A stretch of DNA of 64,000 nt from Histomonas meleagridis 2922-C6/04-290x (Eukaryota > Protista > Parabasalia): positions 1 to 64,000 of the forward strand of contig JAANOX010000106.1 of NCBI GenBank assembly GCA_020184695.1, written 5' to 3'. The notes beneath the pieces were generated by a model. That model saw only the letters and a list, made by a program, of their open reading frames with translations. It did not search any database and had not been told where the DNA came from. The translations under genes were made by a program, and so were the position numbers. Below are positions 24,646-35,416 of this stretch, one piece after another. Every line of letters starts with the position of its first letter. Within the stretch, counting starts at the first letter, position 1.

Positions 24646-26352
24646 TTATATTTGAATGTGATTATCAAATTCATTATCTTGGAAATCATTCGCAAATGGA
24701 TCTTCTTCAATATGATTCATCTGAATGTTTATGATTTTGTGATCGATAACATTTCCTTCATTTTTATAATTTTTGTCATTTTCTTCGTTCATTTCGTTTT
24801 CTTCAAATGATGGTGAATTTTTTTTATGTTTTCGTCGATAAATATAAATAATGAGAATCAAACAAACAATGATTATAACAATAATAACAACACAAATAAT
24901 TATAAGAATATTATGTTCATTATCATTTTGAACATTTTCTTCGTTTTCTTTGATGATAAAATAATATTTTGAATAAAATGAATATGAAATTAAATATTGA
25001 ATAATTGTATATTTATAAAATATGAATTCTGAATACTTGAAATAACTATTTAAATTACTAAATGTTAAATATAATGATTGCGACAAAAATGTATTAATAA
25101 GAAGTGTTTTCGTATTTGTTACAGATTGAATTAATACAAATGAATAAGTTAAAGATTCACTGTTTAGAAATGTTTCATAAAATGTATTCGACTTGATAAA
25201 TGAATCTGACTTAGTAAATGTATTTGATTGTGTAAATGTATTTGATTTAGTAAATGTATTTGATTTAGTAAATGTATTTGATTTAGTAAATGTATTTGAT
25301 TTAGTAAATGTATTTGTTGGTCTATTCAATGTAAAATTATAATGACGTATCATTAGAGTTTTAATTTCAGCAGAATCATATCGTTTATAAAATGTTTCTC
25401 CATTTATTGTTGCTTTAATTGTTAATTCTTCATATTTTTGTTCAAGAGCATATACATTATAAACTCTTGTGCCTCTTGAAACATTATTCGTATATTCTCC
25501 ATTCGTAATTTCATAATCATTAATAATACTTGCATTGGAATCAGCACTGACTGCATGTGTCTTAACATTAAATGTGCCTTCGTGCTTTAATCCACTAATA
25601 TAAAATCGCCAATTCGTTGATGATATTTCATTCGGATCGAATCCAGAACCAAGTTGAATTGTAATTTCAAGAATTGGCGTTATAGTATACATTTGAATTT
25701 GAGGGTTTGGTTTTCCGTAATAAGTTTCTGATGTTTCTGCAATGATGTTTAATTGTTTCTTTGCCGATGATGTTTGCACTACATTAGTATTAATAATTTT
25801 ATATCCTTGTGAATTCACATCTGAAAAATATGGATAATATACAGTAAAGGTTATTGTTTCATCTCGATCTTCAAAATAAATACCAGTTCGTATTATATCA
25901 CTACTCCAAGTGCATTGCTTATTTATGTACTTAAATTCCATGTCACTCCTGGGTGCATCAACAATTGTAAACCCAAATTTGTCGCCGTTTTGGAATCTTC
26001 CATAAGAAATAAGCTCAAACCAAATTGTATCGTCTGACGCAAGAAGTTTTTCGTTCCTCACATTCATTTGTATATCAGTGTCATCGATTTTATCATTATT
26101 TTTGTTGAAAATTAAGCGAAAATTTTCATTTAAATTAGATGTTTGTAAGTTAGAAAAGAAATTTTTAATATACCTATCATACAGCTTTTTGGTTTTTTCT
26201 TCTAAAAGATTATTTTGTGTTTTATTGTGTTTGAAGAATCGAAAAAAATCTTTCGAAATTTTAAAAATTGATTGATGTAAACTTGAATTATTTACAACAC
26301 ATGAAGCATCTCTGCCAAATGCAATTATCAATATACTTAATACGATATTCAT
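24646..26352 (-). CDS. Type I membrane surface protein with SNTFTK-repeat stalk
   Basis: Signal-like N-terminus, (SNTFTK)n, TM ILIIICVVIIVIIIVCLILIIYIY and acidic tail EEDPFANDF. Confidence 0.8.
   Translation of the reverse strand: MNIVLSILIIAFGRDASCVVNNSSLHQSIFKISKDFFRFFKHNKTQNNLLEEKTKKLYDRYIKNFFSNLQTSNLNENFRLIFNKNNDKIDDTDIQMNVRNEKLLASDDTIWFELISYGRFQNGDKFGFTIVDAPRSDMEFKYINKQCTWSSDIIRTGIYFEDRDETITFTVYYPYFSDVNSQGYKIINTNVVQTSSAKKQLNIIAETSETYYGKPNPQIQMYTITPILEITIQLGSGFDPNEISSTNWRFYISGLKHEGTFNVKTHAVSADSNASIINDYEITNGEYTNNVSRGTRVYNVYALEQKYEELTIKATINGETFYKRYDSAEIKTLMIRHYNFTLNRPTNTFTKSNTFTKSNTFTKSNTFTKSNTFTQSNTFTKSDSFIKSNTFYETFLNSESLTYSFVLIQSVTNTKTLLINTFLSQSLYLTFSNLNSYFKYSEFIFYKYTIIQYLISYSFYSKYYFIIKENEENVQNDNEHNILIIICVVIIVIIIVCLILIIYIYRRKHKKNSPSFEENEMNEENDKNYKNEGNVIDHKIINIQMNHIEEDPFANDFQDNEFDNHIQI
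25211..25316. repeat. 18-bp coding tandem repeat (about 6 units, SNTFTK)
   Basis: Units of TTAGTAAATGTATTTGAT on the plus strand. Confidence 0.9.
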
Positions 26353-26498
26353 TTGACATTAAACTGTAAACGATGCGCACAGCCAAATCATTTTGAAAGC
26401 ATAAGAAAAGTGAAAAAAAAACGAAGCCAATAAATAAACGGTCACTTAACGTAACTTGAACTAAAAAATTAACCGCCAAATCTTCTATCGTCATTTTA

Positions 26499-27659
26499 AT
26501 GAAAAAACAGAAAAAAATCAGACAAAAATATAGATTTAGTCAACCAAAAACATCACAAAGCAGGTTTACATCCTTATCAATTTCCAGTAAATGTGACGTT
26601 TTATGCGCAGGTTCTCAATCTGGCGAGATGTTATTATTTGAAAAGTCATCTAATGGTGAATGGAATAAAACACTACAATGGATCGGTTCTAATGACGAAG
26701 TAGATCCAGCACTTCAAAAACAAATCAACGGTTGCATCTTAGATACAGATTTTTTTCAATATCAAGGGAAGCCAATTTTAGCATGTTGTAGCTCACGCAA
26801 AATTGGTATTTGGCTCATCTCTGAACAGCCCAAACCTATTTTAAATTCACCATATAACCCAAATGGATTAGAATTTCCATCATTTTCTATTCCAGAAAAG
26901 TGTGTTCTAACTGCAAAAGAAGTTGAACATTTCCAGCCCATCTCAGATTCATATTTTAACTCCATTTGTATTTGTAGAGACAATCTCACACTTTGTTATT
27001 CAGAAGGCAATGATGTATTTATTCGTCGCATTGATAATTTCGATCCACATTTAAATGTTTATACAAATGATTCACTTATTACACGTGTTGATTTCCATCC
27101 AACACAATATGATCTTCTTCTTTCAGGCGATGAATCAGGTTTTTGTAACATTATTGATTTACGAATTCAGCCAAAACAAAACAAACCAAATTTTCGTGCA
27201 GACGTAACTAAAAATATTGGAAATGATCTAACTTTTATTAATGAATGCAAGTTTTCACCTGATGGAACATATTTCTTCACGCGAAGTTTCTTTGATTTAC
27301 TTTTTTGGGACGTACGAAACACAAGTGAACCATTTTCTCATATACCTATTTCATCTAGTAAAGGTTTTAAGATGAATAAAATCAACAAATCTGGTAAGGA
27401 ATTCTTTCGGTCATCATGGATTAATGATGAATCCATTGGCACTGGATTTTACAATGGGAAATTATACATTGCAAAGAAAACAGGAGAAGTTGAAAAATTC
27501 AAAGTAGGAAAAGAATCTCGAAAAAATATATTTAGATCACCTGCAAAAGAAAGTGTAGATAAGAAAGGGAAATGTGTTAGTGCAATAGATATAGTGCCTG
27601 GAACAAAAACACTGGCAGTGGCGTGCGGAAACGAAGTGATTGTTTACGACTTTTTGTAA
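26499..27659 (+). CDS. WD40 protein, PP2A B55 regulatory subunit-like
   Basis: YFNSICICRD, ITRVDFHP, INECKFSPDGTYFFTRSFFDLLFWDVR parallel B55 blades; divergently transcribed from 26352. Confidence 0.7.
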   Translation: MKKQKKIRQKYRFSQPKTSQSRFTSLSISSKCDVLCAGSQSGEMLLFEKSSNGEWNKTLQWIGSNDEVDPALQKQINGCILDTDFFQYQGKPILACCSSRKIGIWLISEQPKPILNSPYNPNGLEFPSFSIPEKCVLTAKEVEHFQPISDSYFNSICICRDNLTLCYSEGNDVFIRRIDNFDPHLNVYTNDSLITRVDFHPTQYDLLLSGDESGFCNIIDLRIQPKQNKPNFRADVTKNIGNDLTFINECKFSPDGTYFFTRSFFDLLFWDVRNTSEPFSHIPISSSKGFKMNKINKSGKEFFRSSWINDESIGTGFYNGKLYIAKKTGEVEKFKVGKESRKNIFRSPAKESVDKKGKCVSAIDIVPGTKTLAVACGNEVIVYDFL

Positions 27660-27726
27660 GGAATGTCGGTGCATTCAATTTTTTCTACGTTGTTTAGAAA
27701 AAAAAATAACTTTTTGTGTGTAAAAA

Positions 27727-30345
27727 ATGGATGGCTTTTTATGGACTTATTCTCATGAAAATGGTGCTTCAATAAATTTAGCGTGCTCAAGAAATGGAAT
27801 TGTAGCATTATATTCCAGAAAGAATCTATTTACATATAAGATAATTAATAATAACTCAGATATATCTTCATTTTATTGTTCACAAAAGCTTAATTCAGAT
27901 ATAACTTGCGCTGCTTGGTGCAGAGCATATAAGCAAGAATCACTTATTCCTGATATTTTGTTTCTTGCATTTAAAGATGGAAATTCTTGCTTTATTGATT
28001 TTTCAGATAATACAATAATTGCCAAATATTCCGTTACCGGTACATATTTTACACAGTGCACATGGTCACGTGATTATATTAATCAACTTTTTTTAGGAAC
28101 TGCAGATGGCCGAATATTCAACATTTTATTAACCAAATCTAATGAACTTTCAGACACGTTAATGAGCATCTCAAAAATGTGGTCTACTCAATATGATTTT
28201 TCAATTGATTTTTTAGATATTGATGAAAATAATCATAATTCATTAATCGTAGGATCAAAGAAAGGAGAAATACGAATTCTTAATAACATATATGAAACAA
28301 ATCCAATATGTCTAATATCAGTTGACACAATTAAAGACAAAGATAAATGTGAACTTGCAAATTGTGGATTTCTTTCTCATGCACGAGAATCATTCTTTGT
28401 CCTCTCAACCAAAAAGATTTTATTTGGTTATATCAAAGATCGTTGTATCTTTGCACCAAAATTTAGTACCAATTTTTCTGAAATGCTTGGTATTTTTCAA
28501 CCGACATATTGCACACATCTTTTAGCAATTATACAGCGTAATTCCATATGTCTTACCAAGGTTAATGAATCAAGTGAATGGGAAACAATTCATGAAATTC
28601 AAATCAAAGACATTGGCACTTTTCAGCCGATAGACGAGCGAACGTTTATTATTTCAAGTTTAACACATGAATTAATGCTTATCAAGATATATAAAGAGAA
28701 ATTATTTGTGGCAAGTTTATATCAATCTATTCCAGACCAACCTACACATTTAATAGCATCGAATGATGATTTTGTCTCCATTACATTTAAAGATGGAAAC
28801 ATAAATCTATTTCAAAACACAATTTCAAATATAATTCCAAAGAAACGAATCAATTTATATATAGAACAAATCACCACGATCAATCAAACCGAATTTATTT
28901 CCAACACTCAAATGGTAATTTCATGTACGACAATTAATGAACATCATAAAATATATTTTATTGATTTCGAAACGATGGAAATTATTTCATTATTAAAACC
29001 ACAGATAGAGTCACTTTCCGCTAAACCTATCAAAATCATTCCTCAACAACAAGGTAAATATTTCATATTAGAAATCGAACCATTTTTATTATTATTTTAT
29101 ATGATCCAAAAAGGATCTAAACCTGAATTATTTAAACATTTCTTATTACCACGGAAATGTTCAACATATTTCACTTGTGATGGAAATGTTATCTTTTTCT
29201 TACGAAATGTTATTCAAATTATTTCATTACCGAATTTCGAAGTACAACAAAATATTCTCATACAAAGTATTAAAGGAGAACCTTTAACAATTATACAATT
29301 TGGTTGTGGTACATATTTATGTACATCAACTATTGGTGAAATATATTATATAGATTCCGAAAAAATGAGTTTAATATCAAATTCTAATAATAAAATTAAA
29401 TCAATCATTTCTTCACAAGATTGGTTTTCTTGCGTTATAATGTTTGACTCTGGTTCACCACTTCTATGTAAGACTGACGAAAATGGAAACATAACAACAA
29501 ATCAAATTAAATATCAATTTAAAAATTTGGCGTTTTTGACGAATGAAATTGTTATTGCATTAGTTAAAGGAATGAGTTCTTTTGTTTTGTTTCAGTTCCC
29601 TACTTTCGAGCCCATTCGGAATAATTTCAAGAAATCGGAATATTTAAGTTTCGATAAGTTCAAAGAAATCATTTCTAATGACTTAAGCATTAAAAATGTT
29701 TATGAAAATGCGAAAAAATTCGATTTGTTTTATATTGCAGATCGAATTAAACCTTTTATAAAGGATTCATTCGACTTTTCTGCTTATGGTGTTAACGTCA
29801 ATAATGAATTGTTCTTAAAACATTTAAATGAAATGATATTAGTGGGAGATTCATTGGAATTTATTTCACGAAAAATTCGATTGATGAAAGTGGTCGGAAA
29901 AGACGATGACGCGTTTTCGGTTTTGTTCTCAACTCCTTCAAATAATGAGAAGTTTACACAGAACATTTTGAAGGCCGGTTTGGTATCGGCGAAACTTGAT
30001 GAAAAAAGTGTCATGCTAGCCGTTGGATCGTTAATTAACTCGGAAAAGTTTGAAGACGCAATTGATATATTACATTTGGTGAATGATTATTTCGAGGCGG
30101 CAAAACATCTGTTGTCTGTTAATGATATCGAAGGTGCTTTAGTATTGTTTAAAACAAAACTTACCAATGATGAAAAAGAAAGATTAACATCAAAGCTAAT
30201 TGACACACTAAATTATATGAAAATGAAGGACCAGACCTACGCAATATTGGCAGCTTTAGGTTATACTGAAATGGCTTTAAAGGAGTTGAGAAATATGGGA
30301 GAAAATAGAGCAGCTGATTTGATCGAGTCGATAAAGTTCGAATAA
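27727..30345 (+). CDS. Large beta-propeller plus helical C-terminal protein, WDR11-like
   Basis: WD-like strands (ITCAAW, FTQCTWS); C-terminal GSLINSEKFEDAIDILHL..EAAKHL resembles the WDR11 C-terminus. Confidence 0.5.
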   Translation: MDGFLWTYSHENGASINLACSRNGIVALYSRKNLFTYKIINNNSDISSFYCSQKLNSDITCAAWCRAYKQESLIPDILFLAFKDGNSCFIDFSDNTIIAKYSVTGTYFTQCTWSRDYINQLFLGTADGRIFNILLTKSNELSDTLMSISKMWSTQYDFSIDFLDIDENNHNSLIVGSKKGEIRILNNIYETNPICLISVDTIKDKDKCELANCGFLSHARESFFVLSTKKILFGYIKDRCIFAPKFSTNFSEMLGIFQPTYCTHLLAIIQRNSICLTKVNESSEWETIHEIQIKDIGTFQPIDERTFIISSLTHELMLIKIYKEKLFVASLYQSIPDQPTHLIASNDDFVSITFKDGNINLFQNTISNIIPKKRINLYIEQITTINQTEFISNTQMVISCTTINEHHKIYFIDFETMEIISLLKPQIESLSAKPIKIIPQQQGKYFILEIEPFLLLFYMIQKGSKPELFKHFLLPRKCSTYFTCDGNVIFFLRNVIQIISLPNFEVQQNILIQSIKGEPLTIIQFGCGTYLCTSTIGEIYYIDSEKMSLISNSNNKIKSIISSQDWFSCVIMFDSGSPLLCKTDENGNITTNQIKYQFKNLAFLTNEIVIALVKGMSSFVLFQFPTFEPIRNNFKKSEYLSFDKFKEIISNDLSIKNVYENAKKFDLFYIADRIKPFIKDSFDFSAYGVNVNNELFLKHLNEMILVGDSLEFISRKIRLMKVVGKDDDAFSVLFSTPSNNEKFTQNILKAGLVSAKLDEKSVMLAVGSLINSEKFEDAIDILHLVNDYFEAAKHLLSVNDIEGALVLFKTKLTNDEKERLTSKLIDTLNYMKMKDQTYAILAALGYTEMALKELRNMGENRAADLIESIKFE

Positions 30346-30956
30346 TTTGTGGTTTGAAGAAGACAAATTTTAAATAAAATATTAATTTGAAAGTTATTTT
30401 TTTTTATGGAAAAAATGCTTTTTAAGGAGCATTCCTTATGATGTGACTTTTAAAATTTGTTTTTTTTTTAGATAAAAATACCTAAAGAAGGTGTAAAGAC
30501 GCAGTGAAAATCTGTCTACACTATCGTGAAAAGAAATGCTTGGGAAAATATATAATGATCCTTGTAACAGAAAATACTTATTGCCAAAAATACAGAAGAT
30601 TGTTGTAAAAAATGAAGATCCCTTAAACGATAGATCATTTAAAAAAGCATTGAGAGTGAAATGCACATACTACAAATATATACATATATACTTTATTATA
30701 GGTTGTATATAGTAGTAGAGAGTTTTTCATGGGGGCTTTAGGTATGATTGTGATGTATCACCAAAATAGAAAATAAGGATTGATTCCAATAAATTAATTT
30801 TGCAATTTCCAAAAAGAAATAATTTTCCTAATAGATAAATACAATTAAAATTAACAAATATGATTAATTGATTGAGAAAAATCTATTTAAAGTGAGTTCA
30901 TAAAAGAATAAAAATATTCAATTGATTTTGATCACACAATTCAGGAGGGGGTTTGG

Positions 30957-31532
30957 ATGGATTACTCTTGGGTTGATTGGTTTTTATCCCAACCAATTGG
31001 GAAATATTTTGTAAAAGTTGATGAACATTATTTAAATAATAGCTTTAATTTATATGGACTCGCGCAAAAAGTTCCTTATTTTAGATACGCTTATGAATTA
31101 ATTCAAGGAAAATATATTCCACAATCGGAAATGCCTGCTGAGTGGCCAAATAACATCGGAGAATATGCTATGATTCTTTATGGATTGATTCATTCAAGGT
31201 ATTTATTAACAAGCGAAGGTCTATCAAAAATGTACGAAAAATATAAAAACCATGAATTTGAAAATTGTCCAAGAGTTCTTTGCCATGAAACTCAATGTTT
31301 ACCATTTGGGCAATCTAATGATTTTGGTCAATCAAGACTAGCATTTTTTTGCCCAAACTGTAATGAAACATATTACCCAGAAAATGCAGATGATGCCTTA
31401 GTTGATGGATCATTTTTTGGTAATTCATGGGTTCATATATTTATACAAAAATACAATCACTTTGTTGTTCCTCAAGGCAATCCAGAACGGTTTGTTCCTC
31501 GCCTTTTTGGATACCGCCTATATGATGAGTAA
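30957..31532 (+). CDS. CKB: Casein kinase II regulatory (beta) subunit
   Basis: SWVDWFL, FNLYGL, LYGLIHSRY, Zn finger CPRVLC..CPNC and DGSFFG. Confidence 0.95.
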   Translation: MDYSWVDWFLSQPIGKYFVKVDEHYLNNSFNLYGLAQKVPYFRYAYELIQGKYIPQSEMPAEWPNNIGEYAMILYGLIHSRYLLTSEGLSKMYEKYKNHEFENCPRVLCHETQCLPFGQSNDFGQSRLAFFCPNCNETYYPENADDALVDGSFFGNSWVHIFIQKYNHFVVPQGNPERFVPRLFGYRLYDE

Positions 31533-31698
31533 GTTTTCATGTATGTTCAAATTTTTGATCACAAATGTTATTTATTTTTTGTGTTGTTCACCTTTCTATG
31601 AAGAGAAATAAAATTTCTAGATATAATAATTATGTGTTATTTATGAAAATTCTCTGATCAAAACTAAATTTTCGATATTTTTATAAATAAACTATATC

Positions 31699-33413
31699 CA
31701 GATATGAATAAAAATGTACTAACCCCTGTTGCACTTTTCACTTTTTTGAGAAAAATGCAAAAAACAAGCGATCTACGCAAAGCTCCAGCTATCTCGATTG
31801 ATATCTTAAGAGAAAGGCTAAATCACACTAGCTTAAGCCTATCAGATCGAAGAGCTTTATTAAGAAATCCTGATTTTTTGAAGCTACAAACTAGAAACGA
31901 ACAAGTCATTTTTATGCGCGAATATTGCGAATTAGAATGTCATACTTTGCTCAATAACAAAAGATTAGGAGAAATATTTGGCACAAGTCATGGCGTAATC
32001 GCAAATATTAGAAAAAAGGCAAAAAACATAAAAAAAGAGTTGGGACGTCCCAAAAATCTTGATGATTAAGAAGAAGAACAAATATTGAAATATATATTTG
32101 ATATAGCAGATAAAAACAAATTTGTTACAAAACAAGAACTTCTGCACTACATAAGAGAGCAGTTTCATCAAGTAATAACAAAAGGATGGCTCTCGGGATT
32201 CTTTGGAAGAAATGTTTCACAAATCAGTTCCACAAAAGCAATTCCATAAGATAACACAAGAGTGAGCGTACCAAGAATTTTTTTTGAACAAACATATTGA
32301 AAATATAAAGAAATATGTTGTTGGGAAAGCTGCTGAACTTGTGTTTAACATTTATGAAATGGGGTCAAGTGAGTGGGAAGATAAGAAGATAAAAACTGTT
32401 ATCGCCCCTAGAAATTTATGCCAAAAGCCAGTAATGGTTCCAGTAAAGCGCTCAGTAAGGCATCAAACATTAATGGCATGCGTTAGCGCAGCAGGGGATG
32501 CAATTGTGCAATGGTTATTGCTACCAGCCCCCAAGCGAAACAAATTTTTAAAACAGGTGTGAGGGAAGATATAGATTTAAAAATATCGAAATCTAATTCA
32601 CTCTATGTAACAAATAAGATATTATATGGATATATAATTAAAGTATTCCTACCATATGTAAGTCGTCAAAGGAGTATTGATGGATTTTCAAATGAATTCG
32701 CAGTTATACTAATGAATGATCATTCAACACATTGTGACCCCGAGATTTTGGAAATTCTCGCTAAAAATTGATTTTTAGCTCGTGATTACATTTCCTCCTC
32801 ATATCTCCGACATTTTCCAGATGCTTGATCTTGTAATATTTGGTGGACTAAAAAATGTAAAAAATAGACTTACTTCAAAGAAAAGTTTGAATGATGTTGC
32901 TGCTTTAACCGAAAAAATATTTCGGGCTTATGAACAGGTTACGACACGCACAAATGTACGCGCTAGCTTCGCGAGAGCTGGAATTATGTCTGAACTTGAT
33001 GATAACTTAAGGAGAATCATTTTTGATCAGGAAAAAGTGATAAATTCATTCGAATTTATTGAAATATGAAACATCAATTTTGATGAATCAAATTTATATC
33101 AAGAACAAAAAAACACCAAGTAAAAATTTATTACCAAGGAATACTTCCCAGAAGGTTCTTTTGAATAAACACACAAGATATTTAAAATATCTGATGTGTG
33201 AAGAAAAAAAGTGAAAATATCAATATTTCTGAAAATTTCCATATCACTTCATCTGAGGACAATATTAAGTTATAAACATAAAAACAATAAAATCTAATAA
33301 AAATTAACAACAAACATATTAGTTTATTTTCTCATTGAATAAGTAGATATAAGGATATTTTTGTTTTTTTCGAAAAAGTGCAACAGGGGTTAGTTCATTT
33401 TCATTCATATCTG
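31699..33413 (+). mobile_element. pogo-like (DDE_1) transposon, 1715 bp, defective
   Basis: 40-bp TIRs CAGATATGAAT(A/G)AAAATG(T/A)ACTAACCCCTGTTGCACTTTT at 31699-31738 and 33374-33413; TA on the right flank, TC on the left. Confidence 0.88.
31755..33166 (+). pseudogene. pogo/DDE_1 transposase with multiple stops and frameshifts
   Basis: FNIYEMGSSEWED (decayed first Asp), ILMNDHSTH and FPPHISDIFQMLDLVIFG across four track ORFs. Confidence 0.85.
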
Positions 33414-33736
33414 TAAGTATTCTCTATTATAGAAAATTGAGTTATTAATACTTGCTAAAGTTTTACATTGCATGTCTAATAAAAAAATTGGAGATTTTGC
33501 ATAAAAGTTTTGATATTTATATGATCCTTGGTAGACCCTTCAAAATGATATTATTAAAAAACAGCAGGAGCTATCTCAAAAATCTGTATCGTTGTCGTAA
33601 AGCAGAATGAATACTTTACACTAGTGTGAAGTTATAAAATGATTGGAAGCTGTCAAAATGTTCAAAAAGTTAAAATTCCTTTTCTTTGTTATTAAAAAGA
33701 ATATTAAAAGTGACATTATCAATTGATTCATTTTAA

Positions 33737-34793
33737 ATGGAAAAAACAAGCAATTCTAATAAAGAAGATAAAAAGCCAAAAATAAAAGAATTGGAAATTA
33801 TTGAAACAATTCAACAAGTTATATTAAATTTAAACAAAGAAAACATTTCTCAATCAGAATCAATTATTGCCAAATTTGATTATGACTATCCATATTCTTT
33901 TAATCAAGTAATAAGTCAATTTATATTTTCCTACAATTTTGTTGGATTGAATGATTTTGACATATGTTTTGATTTTATGAAAGAAATCCAGACACTTCAA
34001 GAAAGTAATAAGATCAAACCAAAAATTTTTGATGTTTTTTTCTCAATTTATTCTTCACTTTAATCAAGAAGTAAATTGTCCCCATTTAAAAATGATAGAA
34101 AATAATACAGTGGATACAGAAATATTAAAAAACAGATCAAAACCCTTTTTTTATACATTATATGACCAAAGAAGAAATTGAAAAGAATAAGCACGCACTC
34201 AGTTTTGAAAAAATATTTGCCAATTATGAAGAAATATCAAAGAATGATTGGAAGCTTCATAAAAAATATATTAAAGAAGGACATAATCCGAATGAAATCG
34301 CAAAAATGATTCGAAATGATGAAGTCGAAAAACTTCAAAAAATATCATCACAAACAAAATTTGATTATATATTTTCTTAAAGAAAATCCAATTCCGTAAA
34401 ATATTTTAATATGTTCAGTCGAATCAGGAAATATTGAATCTGTTAAATATATTTTAGATCAAGAAGGAATTGATATTAATGCTAAAGATATTTATTTGTT
34501 TTATTTGATATTTATTTTAATAATTTGATATATCAATATAATATTTGGAAATTATTTAAATTATTTTATACAGCACTTACATTAGCATCTAAATATGGTC
34601 ATACAGAAATATTTAAATTACTTCTTGAACAAGAAGGAATTGATATTAATGCTAAAACTATTTATTTCTTTTATTTGATATTTATTTTAATAATTTGATA
34701 TATCAATATAATATTTGGAAATTATTTAAATTATTTAAAACAGCACTTATGAAAGCATATTTAAATGGTCATTCAGAAATAGTTAAATTATGA
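33737..34793 (+). pseudogene. DUF3447/ankyrin gene, internally deleted, with two 80-nt spacers
   Basis: Paralog of 42993..44189; frameshift near 34060 and deletion near 34380; ankyrin exons separated by spacers 34490-34569 and 34660-34739. Confidence 0.8.
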
Positions 34794-35416
34794 AATAAGA
34801 GCAATCTTTATCATTGAAATATATTTTTTTTAATTAATATCAATAAACAATAAAATTATAATACAGTTTAATGAGTGGTCACTAAAAATAACGGGGCAAA
34901 TCTTCATTTAAATTTAATTTCTTGTATATGAAGGAAATTTTCACTCAAGCCGTGAGTAACTAAAAAGAAATGAAATTTCAACAAAATGAAAAACAAGAAG
35001 GACTTTTTAACCAATCTTAAGATTGAATTGAAAAGGATTGAATACTTATCGTCTTTTTATGGCGACGGTTAGCGTTTTTGTGTTGAAATTGATCGTTTTG
35101 AATTGGTGGGGATTAAAAAAACCATGTGCAAAAATAAATGAGGGGTTGCGTTAGCAGGCCTTCAGCTTCTGCAACAAAACTCCTCGGCATTGCACGTGGG
35201 GTACTTACCATCCTGTAATCAATTCCTCTGATTCCACCCAGGAGCTCTTGTTTTATGACGACGGTTTTCACCCCTCAAAATGTTTTTTTACAACAATTCA
35301 AACCGTTTGTAAAAAAACGCTGGCCTGGTTTTGAATTAAATTTAATTCAATATTGAATTATAATTCAAAGTTTGTGTGAGTTGAAAAAATATTTAAATCG
35401 GTATCAAATTGCCAAA

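Noticed and set aside
30943-30950. Shine-Dalgarno-like AGGAGG before CK2-beta
   Set aside because: This is a eukaryotic gene in a eukaryotic context; a chance purine run.
1522-33166. Stop-codon reassignment suggested by many in-frame TAA/TGA codons in transposases
   Set aside because: The stops replace different residues (apparently K, E, L, R and W), co-occur with frameshifts, and host genes end normally in TAA or TGA. This is neutral decay, not a variant genetic code.
35186-35210. U1 snRNA (ATTGCAC and ACTTACC both present)
   Set aside because: The two motifs are in the wrong order for U1, and no SL1 loop or Sm site was found at the expected spacing.
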